A stretch of 64,000 nt of DNA from Myxococcota bacterium (GTDB taxonomy: Bacteria > Myxococcota_A > Polyangia > Polyangiales > Sandaracinaceae). Shown here piece after piece: positions 36,918 through 45,758 of this stretch. The notes under the pieces were generated by a model. It saw only the letters and a list, made by a program, of their open reading frames with translations, was not told the DNA's origin and made no database searches. The position numbers were made by a program, and so were the translations under genes. The stretch's first letter is position 1. Each line of letters opens with the position of its first letter. The DNA lies in the NCBI GenBank assembly GCA_036149055.1, contig JAYZQJ010000204.1:1-64000 (forward strand). Reading direction: 5' to 3'.

Positions 36918-37694
36918 CACCTTCTCCAGTGCCAGCCCGCTCAGGTGGCTCTTCAGCTCGGCGACCAGGTCGTCGCCGGGGCGGCTCACGTAGCCAAGAT
37001 AGCCGATGAGGGTGGCGAGCGCTTCGCCCCCATCGTCCGCCGCCGCGAGCTGTTGAAACAGGCCGAGGAGGTCCTTCGCGGTGTCCCGGTACCCCCGGTC
37101 GAACGCGCTTCGCAGAGCCCACAGGGCGACGGTGCCCCACGCGGGCAGGCCGCGGGCGCGGAGCGCGTCGGCGTCGAGCGTCGTGAGATCGTCGAGGTGG
37201 TAGCGGATCCGCGGGACCAGGGGGCCGGCGGACTCTCGGACCGCCTCGTCGATGTCGAGCGCCTCTCCGACGTCGAGCGGCACCTTCCATGCGCGGTGGC
37301 CGTGATAGACGACGAGCGGGATCACCAGGGGCAGCACCAGGCGTCCTTCGGTCACCTCGCCGTGCCGCTCCCACAGCCGCATGACGTACTCGGCGATGCG
37401 CCGCGGCATGCGTGGATCGGGGCGGCTCTGGTGCTCGACCAGCAGGCAGAGGAAGCTACGCCGCCCGCCGACCTCCGCCGCGAAGACGAGATCGCTCGCG
37501 AGGCCGCGCAGCTTCAGCCCCACGCTCTCGGCCGGCACGCGCTCGAGGCTGTCCCAGGCGATCAGCCGCGCGAGCTCGGCGGGGAGGCTGGAGCGCAGCA
37601 GAGCGCCGCCTCTCTCGAGGTCTCCGAACACCCGCTTGAACAAGGCGTCGTGGGGTGAGGCGTGGGCGGGGGGCGTGTCGTCGCCGTCGGACAT
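36684..37694 (-). CDS. Rpn family recombination-promoting nuclease (YhgA-like) with DUF4351-like C-terminus
   Basis: HDALFK, SDLVF, LVEHQS, PLVVYHG, EGRxEG repeats, QLRLKFG, LDLWAERVL. Confidence 0.9.
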   Translation of the reverse strand: MSDGDDTPPAHASPHDALFKRVFGDLERGGALLRSSLPAELARLIAWDSLERVPAESVGLKLRGLASDLVFAAEVGGRRSFLCLLVEHQSRPDPRMPRRIAEYVMRLWERHGEVTEGRLVLPLVIPLVVYHGHRAWKVPLDVGEALDIDEAVRESAGPLVPRIRYHLDDLTTLDADALRARGLPAWGTVALWALRSAFDRGYRDTAKDLLGLFQQLAAADDGGEALATLIGYLGYVSRPGDDLVAELKSHLSGLALEKVMELEEMLARKKREEGRLEGRAEGRAERGAELVLKQLRLKFGELDADTVTRVRGATEADLDLWAERVLTAGNLADVFA

Positions 37695-37812
37695 GCCCGG
37701 CACACGAGCAAGCCCCGATCCGGGAGGCGCTCATGTGATCTCGCGTACTTGCGGCGCCGGATCGGCGGAGGTGGCGGGCGGAGGGGTGGCGGCCGCCGAT
37801 CGAGGGGAGGGT

Positions 37813-38349
37813 CTACCGGCCTCGGGGAGGGCGTCGTCGGCTCAGCGCGAGGAGCGCGAGGAGCGCGAACGCGAGCGCGCTCGTCGGGCGGGGCGAGGCG
37901 GCGACCGTGCAGCCGGCGCAGCCCCCCGAGCCGGTGGCGGCGCCGGGTGGAGGGGCGGGGGCGTCGGCGGGGATGCAGCGGGAGACCTCCTCGCAGCGCG
38001 GCGGCTCCTGGCCCTCGGGGACCTCGGCGCCGCCTCCGCAGGGGCCCGTCGGCTCGCAGGTGTCGAAGACCGCGCGGCTCATGCCGTGGCCGGCGTAGCG
38101 GACGCCGACGCAGAAGCGAGTGGGCTGGCAGGTGGCCCCTTCGCCGTAGCGCGCGACGCAGTCGCTGGCGGCGCTGCACTCTTCGTTGGGCGCGCAGGTG
38201 CTCGCGCAGCCCGAGTGCGAGAGCGACACCGGCTGGCTGCCGCCCGGGCACTCGAGTGGCTCACAGTCGGGCGGCTCCCAGTCGTCGTCGATCACGTCGG
38301 CGGAGGCGAGGGCGGGCACCAGCAGCAGACCGAGGGCGACGAGGCGCAT
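37813..38349 (-). CDS. Secreted Cys-rich protein with MYXO-CTERM-type sorting signal
   Basis: Signal peptide; many Cys; GGCAGCTVA followed by a TM helix and RRR. Confidence 0.8.
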   Translation of the reverse strand: MRLVALGLLLVPALASADVIDDDWEPPDCEPLECPGGSQPVSLSHSGCASTCAPNEECSAASDCVARYGEGATCQPTRFCVGVRYAGHGMSRAVFDTCEPTGPCGGGAEVPEGQEPPRCEEVSRCIPADAPAPPPGAATGSGGCAGCTVAASPRPTSALAFALLALLALSRRRPPRGR

Positions 38350-38487
38350 GCCGCGAGCGTACCCCGGCGGCTCAGTCTCCGGAGGGGGCATGCGCCCCCT
38401 CCCGCCCGACCGGCAAAGCCGGCTCGGGCTCCCACCCCACCTCACGCGCTGACGCGCGTGGAAGCTGCGGCAATATTTGCCGCATCT

Positions 38488-39321
38488 TCAGTGCGTCGCG
38501 AGGCGCTCGGGCGGGCCGGCGCCGTCGGGCACGTAGGCGTCGTCCATCGTCAGGATGACCTTGTCGAGCTCGAAGCCGTCCTCGCGCATCGAGAGGTGCA
38601 CGAGGTGCTCGCCCGCGGTCGGGACGTCGATGGAGATGGTGTGCTCCTCACCGCAGGCGCTCCCGCCGGAGTCGCGCTGGGCGCTCGACCAGGTCCAGCG
38701 GTTCTTGCCCGCGCACCACTGGATGCGACGGCCGGACGAGGGCCACGTGTCGTCGATGCCGACGTGCACGCCGTTGTCTTCGGTACCGGTGCTGTAGGCG
38801 CGGGCGTGCACGTAGTAGCGGCCGGGGGTGGTGAAGACGACGCGGTAGGTGAGCAGCGGCCCCTCGCCGCCGTTGTCGAAGAAGCTGTCCCCGTTGCGGA
38901 TCGGGTCGTCGTGGGTCACCCGGGTGTCGGGCAGGCCCTCGAGGTAGGCGCCGCCGCTCGCGCTCTCGTGGTGGGGCTCGTCGGGGTCGGGCGTCACGCC
39001 GGGGATCGAGCCCTCGGCGGTCAGGTACCAGGCGCGCGGCGTGCCCTGGTCGTCGTTGGTCGTGAAGTGCTCGGCCTCGAAGGCGACCAGGCCGTCGACC
39101 TCCTGGAAGACCCACGCCGGCGGGCCCGCGTCGCGCTCGACCCCGGCGTCGCCCGGGCTCCCCGCGTCGGGCGTCGGGTCCCCCGCGTCCCGGGCGACGA
39201 GCCCCGCGTCGTCCCGCCCGCCGTCGGTCGCCCCGGGGCCACCGTCGGGCGGGTCCACCGCGCCGTCACAGCCGAAGGCCAAGGTCATCGCGCCCAGCAC
39301 GAAGAACGCTCTCTCCATCAT
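38488..39321 (-). CDS. Lipoprotein with DAG/DGG linker and carbohydrate-binding-like beta-sandwich
   Basis: Lipobox AFGC; VAFEAEHF, YRVVFTTPGRYYV, REDGFELDKVIL. Confidence 0.65.
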   Translation of the reverse strand: MMERAFFVLGAMTLAFGCDGAVDPPDGGPGATDGGRDDAGLVARDAGDPTPDAGSPGDAGVERDAGPPAWVFQEVDGLVAFEAEHFTTNDDQGTPRAWYLTAEGSIPGVTPDPDEPHHESASGGAYLEGLPDTRVTHDDPIRNGDSFFDNGGEGPLLTYRVVFTTPGRYYVHARAYSTGTEDNGVHVGIDDTWPSSGRRIQWCAGKNRWTWSSAQRDSGGSACGEEHTISIDVPTAGEHLVHLSMREDGFELDKVILTMDDAYVPDGAGPPERLATH

Positions 39322-39380
39322 GGCGAGAGCGTACGCGAGCGCCGCCCGGCCGCGCCGTTACGGCGGTGTCGTCGAACGCG

Positions 39381-40241
39381 TCAGCGCCGCTCGATCCGGA
39401 CGCCCGGGGGCGCCGCCGGGGGCTCCTCGCCGCGCAGCCGCACCGCCTCGTCTTCGACCGGCTCCTGGGGCTCGAGGCGGATGGCGATCTCGCGGAGCGC
39501 GGGGGCCCCGTGGCGCCACGCGAGGATCCACCGACGCTCCTGGGCGTGCAGCATCACCGCGTAGCAGTCGCGGTCGCGCGAGCCGCCCCGGCGCTCCCAG
39601 AGCGGCACCGCGTCGCCGTCGGCCAGCGTCCACTCCTGCTCCTCGCCGAAGGGCTCGCCTTCGATCTCGAGCGCCTCGCAGTCGAGCGTCGCGTCCTCGT
39701 TCAGCTGACGCAGGCCGACGGTGATCTCGCTGCCGCCCCGGTGGCGGAGATACACGTCGGTCTCGATCACCCCCGCGGGCGGGTAGGGGTAGCGCGGCGG
39801 CGGGCTGTTCTGCGAGGTCGCCGTGCAGACCAGCAGCGCGAGGGCGCCGATCGCCGCGCGCTGGGCGCGGTGAGGCAGCGGGCCGGCGATCTCCGGGCGG
39901 AAGCGCGTCCACGAGATCCAGAGCGCCGGCAGCGCCAGCAGGTCGGTCGGGTCCGCCCAGACGTGGCCCGGCACCCAGGCCGCGACCGACGGGATCTGGA
40001 TCAGCGCGAAGCCCACGCCGACCGCCACGTGCGCCCACGCGAAGCCGCGCTCGCTCCGCACGCGCAGCACCCACGCGAGCACCAGGGGCGCGACCAGGAG
40101 GCCCGCGACGTCGCTGAGCTTGCCGGTCACCACGCCGGGCAGCAGGCCCGCCCCCTTGAGGACGTGGTCGTTGAGGGCCAGCGTCACGAGCGCGAGCACG
40201 AAGAGCGGCCGGCCGAAGCGGGTGGAAGCCTGGAAGGGCAC
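39381..40241 (-). CDS. Hypothetical membrane protein
   Basis: LALNDHVLK, TGKLSDVAGL, DPTDLLAL; several TM helices then a soluble domain. Confidence 0.65.
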   Translation of the reverse strand: MPFQASTRFGRPLFVLALVTLALNDHVLKGAGLLPGVVTGKLSDVAGLLVAPLVLAWVLRVRSERGFAWAHVAVGVGFALIQIPSVAAWVPGHVWADPTDLLALPALWISWTRFRPEIAGPLPHRAQRAAIGALALLVCTATSQNSPPPRYPYPPAGVIETDVYLRHRGGSEITVGLRQLNEDATLDCEALEIEGEPFGEEQEWTLADGDAVPLWERRGGSRDRDCYAVMLHAQERRWILAWRHGAPALREIAIRLEPQEPVEDEAVRLRGEEPPAAPPGVRIERR

Positions 40242-40283
40242 GCGAGACCTTTACAGGCGCCGGTGGCGGGAGGTCCAGCCGGA

Positions 40284-41393
40284 TCAGATCTGCGCGGCCT
40301 TGAGGCGCGCGGAGACCAGCATGTAGAGCGCGAAGAGCGCGTCGCGCTCGGTGGCCGAGCCCTCGTGCAGGCCGGCGAGGCGACAGAAGTGGAGGAACTC
40401 GCGGCCGTCGAGCCCGAGCAGGCCCGCCTTCGCCATCGGGCTCGCCTCGCCGGTGCCGGGCAGCGCCGCGAGCAGCTCCACCATCGCCGCGACCGAGCGC
40501 TCGAGCGCCTCGAAGTGATCCCCGCGCCGGATCGCGTTCTCGACCTCGGCCACCGCCACCGCGTCGCTCCCCTCCCACAGCGAGGCGAAGCTGAGCGCGC
40601 CCCGCGGGATCTCCGGCATCGGCGGCGGCTCGCTCTCGACGTCGGAGATGCGCAGCTCGGTGCTGCCCGAGCTCTGCTCGGCGACCTTGGCGAGCTCGGC
40701 CTCGATCCCCTCCTCCATGGGCTTGCGCATGCGCTGCGTGGGCGGCGCGGAAGCCGGCCGTGAGGACGGAGGCGCCGAGGACGGCGGCGTCTCCGGGGTG
40801 GACCGGGGGAAGCGCGCCCACAGCGACCGGATGACGAGCTTGCTGATCTCCTTGAGCGCCGGGAGCACGCCGTCGCCCCGGGTCGCCGCCGTCTCGAAGT
40901 CCGGCACACCGCGCCAGTTCAGGTCCTGGCGCAGCTCGTCGACGCTCATCAGGCCCTGGAGGTCGCGCTTGTTGTACTGGAAGACGAGGGGCACCCGGTC
41001 GACGTCGATGTCGTTCTCGGCGAGGTTCTTCTTCAGGTCCGCGAGCGACTCGAGGTTGGACTGCTTGGCCGCGCGCTGGCTGTCGGCGACGAAGATCACG
41101 CCGTCCGCGCCCTGCAGCACGAGGCGTCGGGTGGCCGAGTAGAAGACCTGGCCCGGCACCGTATAGAGCTGGAAGCGCACGCCCATGCCGCGCACCTCCT
41201 TCACCTGCAGCGGCAGGAAGTCGAAGAAGATGGTGCGGTCGCCTTCGGTGGCCAGGGTGACGAGCTCGCCGCGCCGCTGCGGCTTCACCACCGAGTAGAT
41301 GTGCTTGAGGGTCGTCGTCTTTCCCGAGAGGCCGGGGCCGTAGTAGACGACCTTCGCCGAGATCTCCCGGGCCAGAGGGTTGATGACCGTCAC
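40284..41393 (-). CDS. MglA-family small GTPase with C-terminal extension
   Basis: KVVYYGPGLSGKTT, DRTIFFDFLP, TVPGQ, FVADSQ, YNKRD; Pro-rich linker and helical tail; GTG 41393 with TACCGT 7 nt upstream. Confidence 0.9.
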   Translation of the reverse strand: MTVINPLAREISAKVVYYGPGLSGKTTTLKHIYSVVKPQRRGELVTLATEGDRTIFFDFLPLQVKEVRGMGVRFQLYTVPGQVFYSATRRLVLQGADGVIFVADSQRAAKQSNLESLADLKKNLAENDIDVDRVPLVFQYNKRDLQGLMSVDELRQDLNWRGVPDFETAATRGDGVLPALKEISKLVIRSLWARFPRSTPETPPSSAPPSSRPASAPPTQRMRKPMEEGIEAELAKVAEQSSGSTELRISDVESEPPPMPEIPRGALSFASLWEGSDAVAVAEVENAIRRGDHFEALERSVAAMVELLAALPGTGEASPMAKAGLLGLDGREFLHFCRLAGLHEGSATERDALFALYMLVSARLKAAQI

Positions 41394-41441
41394 TGGCGCT
41401 ACGGTAGCAGATCCGCGCGTCGCCTGTGATAGCTTCCCCTC

Positions 41442-42419
41442 GTGCTCTCGGGCGACCTCTCCACGATGGCCCTGGCCGACGTGCTCCAGTGGGTGGACGC
41501 CGGTCGTGGCCGCGCGCTGGTGACCGTGACCCGCCCCGACGGCCAGGCGCGCTGGCTGCTCGCCGAAGAGCGCGTGGTGATCGCCGCGGCCGCGCCGCCC
41601 GTCTCGGGCCGGCTCAGCAGCGACGGAACGCCGGACGCGCCCGGCCCCGCGCTCGAGGCGGTCGCCCTCGAGTACCTGCTGGACCTCTTCCTCCAGAGCG
41701 AGGGCAAGTTCGAGCTGCGCAACGACGCGCCCACCCCGCCCGACGCGGTGCGGGTCTCGATGCCGGTGCAGTTCCTCGTGATGGAGGGGCTCCGCCTCCT
41801 CGACGAGCGCACGCGGCTCGAGGAGACCTACCCGCGTGACGAGGCCCGGCTCGCCGCCACCGACGCCGACGCCGAGGGGCTCTCGGTCATCGACTCCGCC
41901 ATCGTGCAGGTCGCGCAGGGCGCGCCCGCGCTCGGCGAGGTGCGCCTGGTGCTCGGCCTGAGCCGACCGTCGCTGCTCCGCCACGTCGACTCGCTCCGCC
42001 AGCGCGGCCTGGTCGACGTCGAGGGCACGGCGCACGGCCCCGACATCGAGGGCTCGGTGATCCAGCAGGCGCAGGTGCTCCTGCGCGAGCGGCAGTACGC
42101 CGAGGCCGCGCACGTGTTCCGCTCGCTCCTCGCGACCAACCCGGAGGACGGCCGCGTCCGCCGGCTGCTGCAGGAGGCCGAGAGGCTCCAGATCGACGCG
42201 GCCTACGAGCTCTTCAGCCCGACCGACGTCGTCACCCGCGACGAGGACTACCGGGAGCTCGACCTGAAGGGCACCGACCGCGCCGTGCTCGACTGCCTGG
42301 AGCGACCCCGCAGCGTCGCCATCCTGGTGCTGGTCTCGCCGCTGCGCGAGCTGGAGACGCTCTCGGCCTTGCGGCGCCTGGCGTCGAAGGGCCTGGTCAC
42401 CATCGAAGCCGCCGACTGA
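41442..42419 (+). CDS. DUF4388-domain protein with wHTH-like and TPR segments
   Basis: LSGDLSTMALADVLQW, EGKFEL, LVMEGLRLLDE; TPR-like QYAEAAHVFRSLLATNPED. Confidence 0.75.
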   Translation: MLSGDLSTMALADVLQWVDAGRGRALVTVTRPDGQARWLLAEERVVIAAAAPPVSGRLSSDGTPDAPGPALEAVALEYLLDLFLQSEGKFELRNDAPTPPDAVRVSMPVQFLVMEGLRLLDERTRLEETYPRDEARLAATDADAEGLSVIDSAIVQVAQGAPALGEVRLVLGLSRPSLLRHVDSLRQRGLVDVEGTAHGPDIEGSVIQQAQVLLRERQYAEAAHVFRSLLATNPEDGRVRRLLQEAERLQIDAAYELFSPTDVVTRDEDYRELDLKGTDRAVLDCLERPRSVAILVLVSPLRELETLSALRRLASKGLVTIEAAD

Positions 42420-42503
42420 CGGAATGTCGCCCCGACGGGTGACGTCCCGTCAATCCGTCATGCGGCTCTCCGAGATCTTCGGCCGCGGCCCGCAGAGACG
42501 CGA

Positions 42504-42519
42504 TGGCACGCCGTCTGCT
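42504..42519 (+). promoter_or_regulatory. Putative sigma54 (-24/-12) promoter
   Basis: TGGCACG-CCGT-CTGCT matches TGGCACG-N4-TTGCW with one mismatch; GGAGG and ATG follow. Confidence 0.55.
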
Positions 42520-42541
42520 CTTCTAATGCGCGGGAGGAACC

Positions 42542-42931
42542 ATGCGCAGAAGAGAGAAGACGCGAGCCCGCCGCCGTCGCGCGGGAATGACCCTGATCGA
42601 GATCATGATCGTGGTGATCGTCATGGCGCTGATCGCGACCGCGGTGGGCGTCGCGGTCCTGCCCATGCTCGAGCGGGCCAAGGTGAAGCAGGCGACGGTC
42701 GACGCCGCCAGCATCCGAGGCGTGGCCGAGCTCTGGCTCGCCGATCACGGGACGTGTCCGTCGATGGTCGAGCTCCGCGAGACCGGCGAGGTGAACGAGT
42801 CGGGCCGACCGAGCGATCCCTGGGACACGCCCTGGTCGATCGAATGCGAGGCGTCGCGTGTCATCGTCATCTCGGCGGGCCCCGACCGACAGCTCGGCAC
42901 CGAAGACGACATCCCCGTCGAGGAGGGGTGA
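42542..42931 (+). CDS. GspG-like pseudopilin (prepilin N-methylation domain)
   Basis: Basic leader then G|MTLIEIMIV; DPWDTPW; ISAGPDRQLGTEDDI. Confidence 0.85.
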   Translation: MRRREKTRARRRRAGMTLIEIMIVVIVMALIATAVGVAVLPMLERAKVKQATVDAASIRGVAELWLADHGTCPSMVELRETGEVNESGRPSDPWDTPWSIECEASRVIVISAGPDRQLGTEDDIPVEEG

Positions 42932-42943
42932 GCTCGCGGTCTC

Positions 42944-43126
42944 TCACCAAGCGGCCATCACGACGAACGCGCCCGCCCCGACCAGGAGGCCGGCGAGCCC
43001 GCCGATGAGCGCGCCGCGGCCCCTCCCCGAGCCGCCAGCGATCGCTCCGATGATCGCACCGATCCCTGTCGGCACCACGAAGTAGCCGACCTGGACGAGC
43101 GATACGAGCCCTTCGAGGTCTCCCAC
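42944..43126 (-). CDS. Small Gly-rich membrane protein (60 aa)
   Basis: AGGAGG 8 nt before GTG; two hydrophobic GxxxG-rich segments. Confidence 0.6.
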   Translation of the reverse strand: MGDLEGLVSLVQVGYFVVPTGIGAIIGAIAGGSGRGRGALIGGLAGLLVGAGAFVVMAAW

Positions 43127-43243
43127 GAGACGTGCCTCCTAGGCGCGGCCTGCGCGCCATCACGTCTCCCCTCTTGGTTCGAAGGGCCCGCATGCGAAGA
43201 AGCCCCCACCATCCCTGGCGGAGGCCGCTTCGAATGGCGCCGA

Positions 43244-43780
43244 CTACTCCATGTCGGCGAGGCGCTCGCGCCAGCGCTTGCGCAGCGCCTGGATCGCCTG
43301 GCGCGTCACCCCGTACTTGCGGGCCAGCGCGCTCATGTTCTCGTCGGAGCGAGCCACGTCCAGGATCTGCTTCGGCGTGAGCTTGCGACCGTGCGGCATG
43401 CCGCCCTTGTCGACCCGCGGGCCACCCACGTCCTCGTAGGTGCGGCCGCGCACGAGGCGACTGACCGCCGCCGCGCTGATGCCGTACTCACGCGCCAGCT
43501 GCGCCTGGCTCGCCACGCCCTTGGAGTAACGACGCCGGAGCGCAGCCACCTGCCGCTTGGTCAGCTTGGCGCGACCTCGGAGGACCGTCGGGCCACCCGC
43601 ATCCTGACGCGCCTCTCCGCGCGTGATGCGACCGACCTGATGCACCCCGAGACCGTACTCCTCGCCGATCTCGCGCTGGCTGAGCTTTCCCTTGTCGTAC
43701 TTCTTCCGGATCGCCCGGATCTGTGCGTCGGTGAGCTCGTCGATGCTCTTCTTCTCGTTCTTCTTTTTACGTCGTGCCAC
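43244..43780 (-). CDS. Basic protein with three tandem helix-turn-helix repeats
   Basis: Units SQREIGEEYGL, SQAQLAREYGIS, MSALARKYGVT, each preceded by (K/E)LT..Q; start uncertain (43780-43846). Confidence 0.7.
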   Translation of the reverse strand: MARRKKKNEKKSIDELTDAQIRAIRKKYDKGKLSQREIGEEYGLGVHQVGRITRGEARQDAGGPTVLRGRAKLTKRQVAALRRRYSKGVASQAQLAREYGISAAAVSRLVRGRTYEDVGGPRVDKGGMPHGRKLTPKQILDVARSDENMSALARKYGVTRQAIQALRKRWRERLADME

Positions 43781-44209
43781 TTGCGTCCACCCATCGTCCG
43801 CCCTGTGCGGACTATCCATGTTCTTTTGAACACCATGTTGCCCCATTTGTCAATTGCAATTCACGACCGTGACGCGCACGGTTCCTGGCTCCACCCGTGG
43901 AGCGTAAGTGCCTGGAAAAGCGTCGCAAAATGCCTCTCGCAGAGGGCGCTGGAGCGCCATCGGCGGCTCGTCGGAGCCCAAAAAAATGGCCTTCTCGTCC
44001 CCACATACTGACGAACACGGGGCGACGACGCGGCGATCGGCGGATCCTGCCGCCCCGCCCGGGCCCCGCCCGCAGCGTCCCTCAACGTGGGCACGCAAGC
44101 GTCATGGTCGATCTTCTCCGGTCATCGCCTGACCGTCCGAGCGGTGCCTCGCGCGTGATCCGTCCCGGCGGGCGATGCGGGCTCGCACGGGCCGCGGCAT
44201 GCTCGCGGA

Positions 44210-45172
44210 ATGCGTCGCTGCGCCGTCGTGCTCTCGTTGCTCTTGCTGTCCTGCGGCGCACCTGCAGGCGAGGCGCCCCGGCCGGCCAAGCGCGCGGTCG
44301 AGGGCGCGCCGGAGGCCACGTTGGTGGTCCTCGGCAGCGGCACCCCGATCCCCGATCCCGAGCGCGCCGGGCCGGCGCACGCGGTGGTGATGGGGGACGA
44401 GGCGTTCCTCTTCGACGCCGGCGCGGGCGTCCTGCGCCGTCTCGAGGCGGCTCGCGCCCGTCACCCCGCGCTCGCCCCCGAGCGAGTGAGGCGCGTCTTC
44501 CTGACCCACCTCCACTCCGACCACGTGCTCGGCCTCGACGAGCTCCTCTTCGGCGCCTGGGTGCTCGGGCGGGAGCGCCCCCTCGAGATCTGGGGGCCGC
44601 CGGGCACGGCGGCGCTGGTCGACGGGCTGCTGCAGGCCTACGCCGAGGACCGGCGCGTGCGAACCGAGGGGCTCGAGGGGCTGCGCGAGAGGGGCAGCGA
44701 GGCCCAGGTCCGCGAGGTCTCGCCCGGCGTCGCCCTGCGCACCAGCGACGTCGAGGTGCGCGCGTTCGCGGTGCCGCACGGATCGTGGACGCACGCCTAC
44801 GGCTGGCGGATCGACGCGGGCGGCCGGGTGATCGTGCTGAGCGGGGACACCGCCACTGGAGACCCGGCTGCTGGAGGCGCGGTCGCCGGCAGCGCCGTGG
44901 TCGAGGCCTGCGATGGCTGCGACCTGCTCGTGCACGAGGTCTGCTCGGCGGCGGGGCTCGCCCGGCGCGGCGACGACGCCCGCGCCTATCACGGCAGCTT
45001 CCACACCACCGGCCTCGAGCTCGGTCGCCTCGCGGCCCGCGCGCGTCCCTCACGGCTGGTGCTGACGCACGTGCTCTTCTTCGGCGAGAGCGGCGACTCC
45101 ATCCTCGGCGAGGTGCGGGAGGGCGGCTACGCCGGCGAGCTCTTCCTGGCCGCCGACCTCGCCGGGTACTGA
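44210..45172 (+). CDS. MBL-fold metallo-hydrolase (RNase Z/arylsulfatase-like) lipoprotein
   Basis: Lipobox LLSC; LGSGTP, FDAGAG, THLHSDH, SGDT, LVHE, FHTT, LTH. Confidence 0.88.
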   Translation: MRRCAVVLSLLLLSCGAPAGEAPRPAKRAVEGAPEATLVVLGSGTPIPDPERAGPAHAVVMGDEAFLFDAGAGVLRRLEAARARHPALAPERVRRVFLTHLHSDHVLGLDELLFGAWVLGRERPLEIWGPPGTAALVDGLLQAYAEDRRVRTEGLEGLRERGSEAQVREVSPGVALRTSDVEVRAFAVPHGSWTHAYGWRIDAGGRVIVLSGDTATGDPAAGGAVAGSAVVEACDGCDLLVHEVCSAAGLARRGDDARAYHGSFHTTGLELGRLAARARPSRLVLTHVLFFGESGDSILGEVREGGYAGELFLAADLAGY

Positions 45173-45176
45173 CGCT

Positions 45177-45629
45177 TCACTGGATGGGGGCGACGGCGAC
45201 CACCCAGTCGAGCATCACCGCGTCGCGCCGCCAGGGGCCGCGGCAGGCGAGGGGGAGGTCGAGCGCGCTCGCCACGGCGGCCAGCGCGGCGTCGCGGTCG
45301 TGGGCGCTGGTGCGGAGCTGGCTCGGCCGACCGGCCTCGAAGCGGACGCGCACGGTGGCGCCCGACGGGGCCCGCACGAAGAGCCAGCGCGCGCCCTCCC
45401 GCGGGACCGGAGGGGGCGGCGGGAGCGCCGGCTCCGCCGAGGCCGAGAGCGGCCGCTGGGCGAGGCGCGCCGTCTGCGCCCGCCGCCAGGCCTCGAGCTC
45501 GGAGATGAGGCGGGCCAGCTCCTCGAGGTGGACGCCGCGCGCGGGCGGCTTCGGCGGGGGAGGGAGGAGCGCCTCGCGGGCGAGGGGGAGGGTCTGGCGG
45601 AGGGCGGGATCGGTGATGGGGTCGAGCAA
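45177..45629 (-). CDS. Hypothetical protein
   Basis: Best ORF filling the gap; GC3-rich; start uncertain. Confidence 0.4.
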   Translation of the reverse strand: MLDPITDPALRQTLPLAREALLPPPPKPPARGVHLEELARLISELEAWRRAQTARLAQRPLSASAEPALPPPPPVPREGARWLFVRAPSGATVRVRFEAGRPSQLRTSAHDRDAALAAVASALDLPLACRGPWRRDAVMLDWVVAVAPIQ

Positions 45630-45758
45630 GCTCTGGCCTCGTTTTTCAGTGGTTTCTCTTGCATCGACGGACGGAAATCGGGCCCCCGAACTGACGCTCC
45701 CGGAGGACTTTCGCCGCTTATTTCACCCCCCCGGCGCGGGCCTGCTATCCGCTGATCC

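Noticed and set aside
36684..37694. Rpn/YhgA gene as an IS element
   Set aside because: No terminal inverted repeats or target duplication seen, and the family is not a demonstrated transposase
40284..41393. Naming the GTPase mglA
   Set aside because: Long C-terminal extension and no adjacent mglB indicate a paralogue
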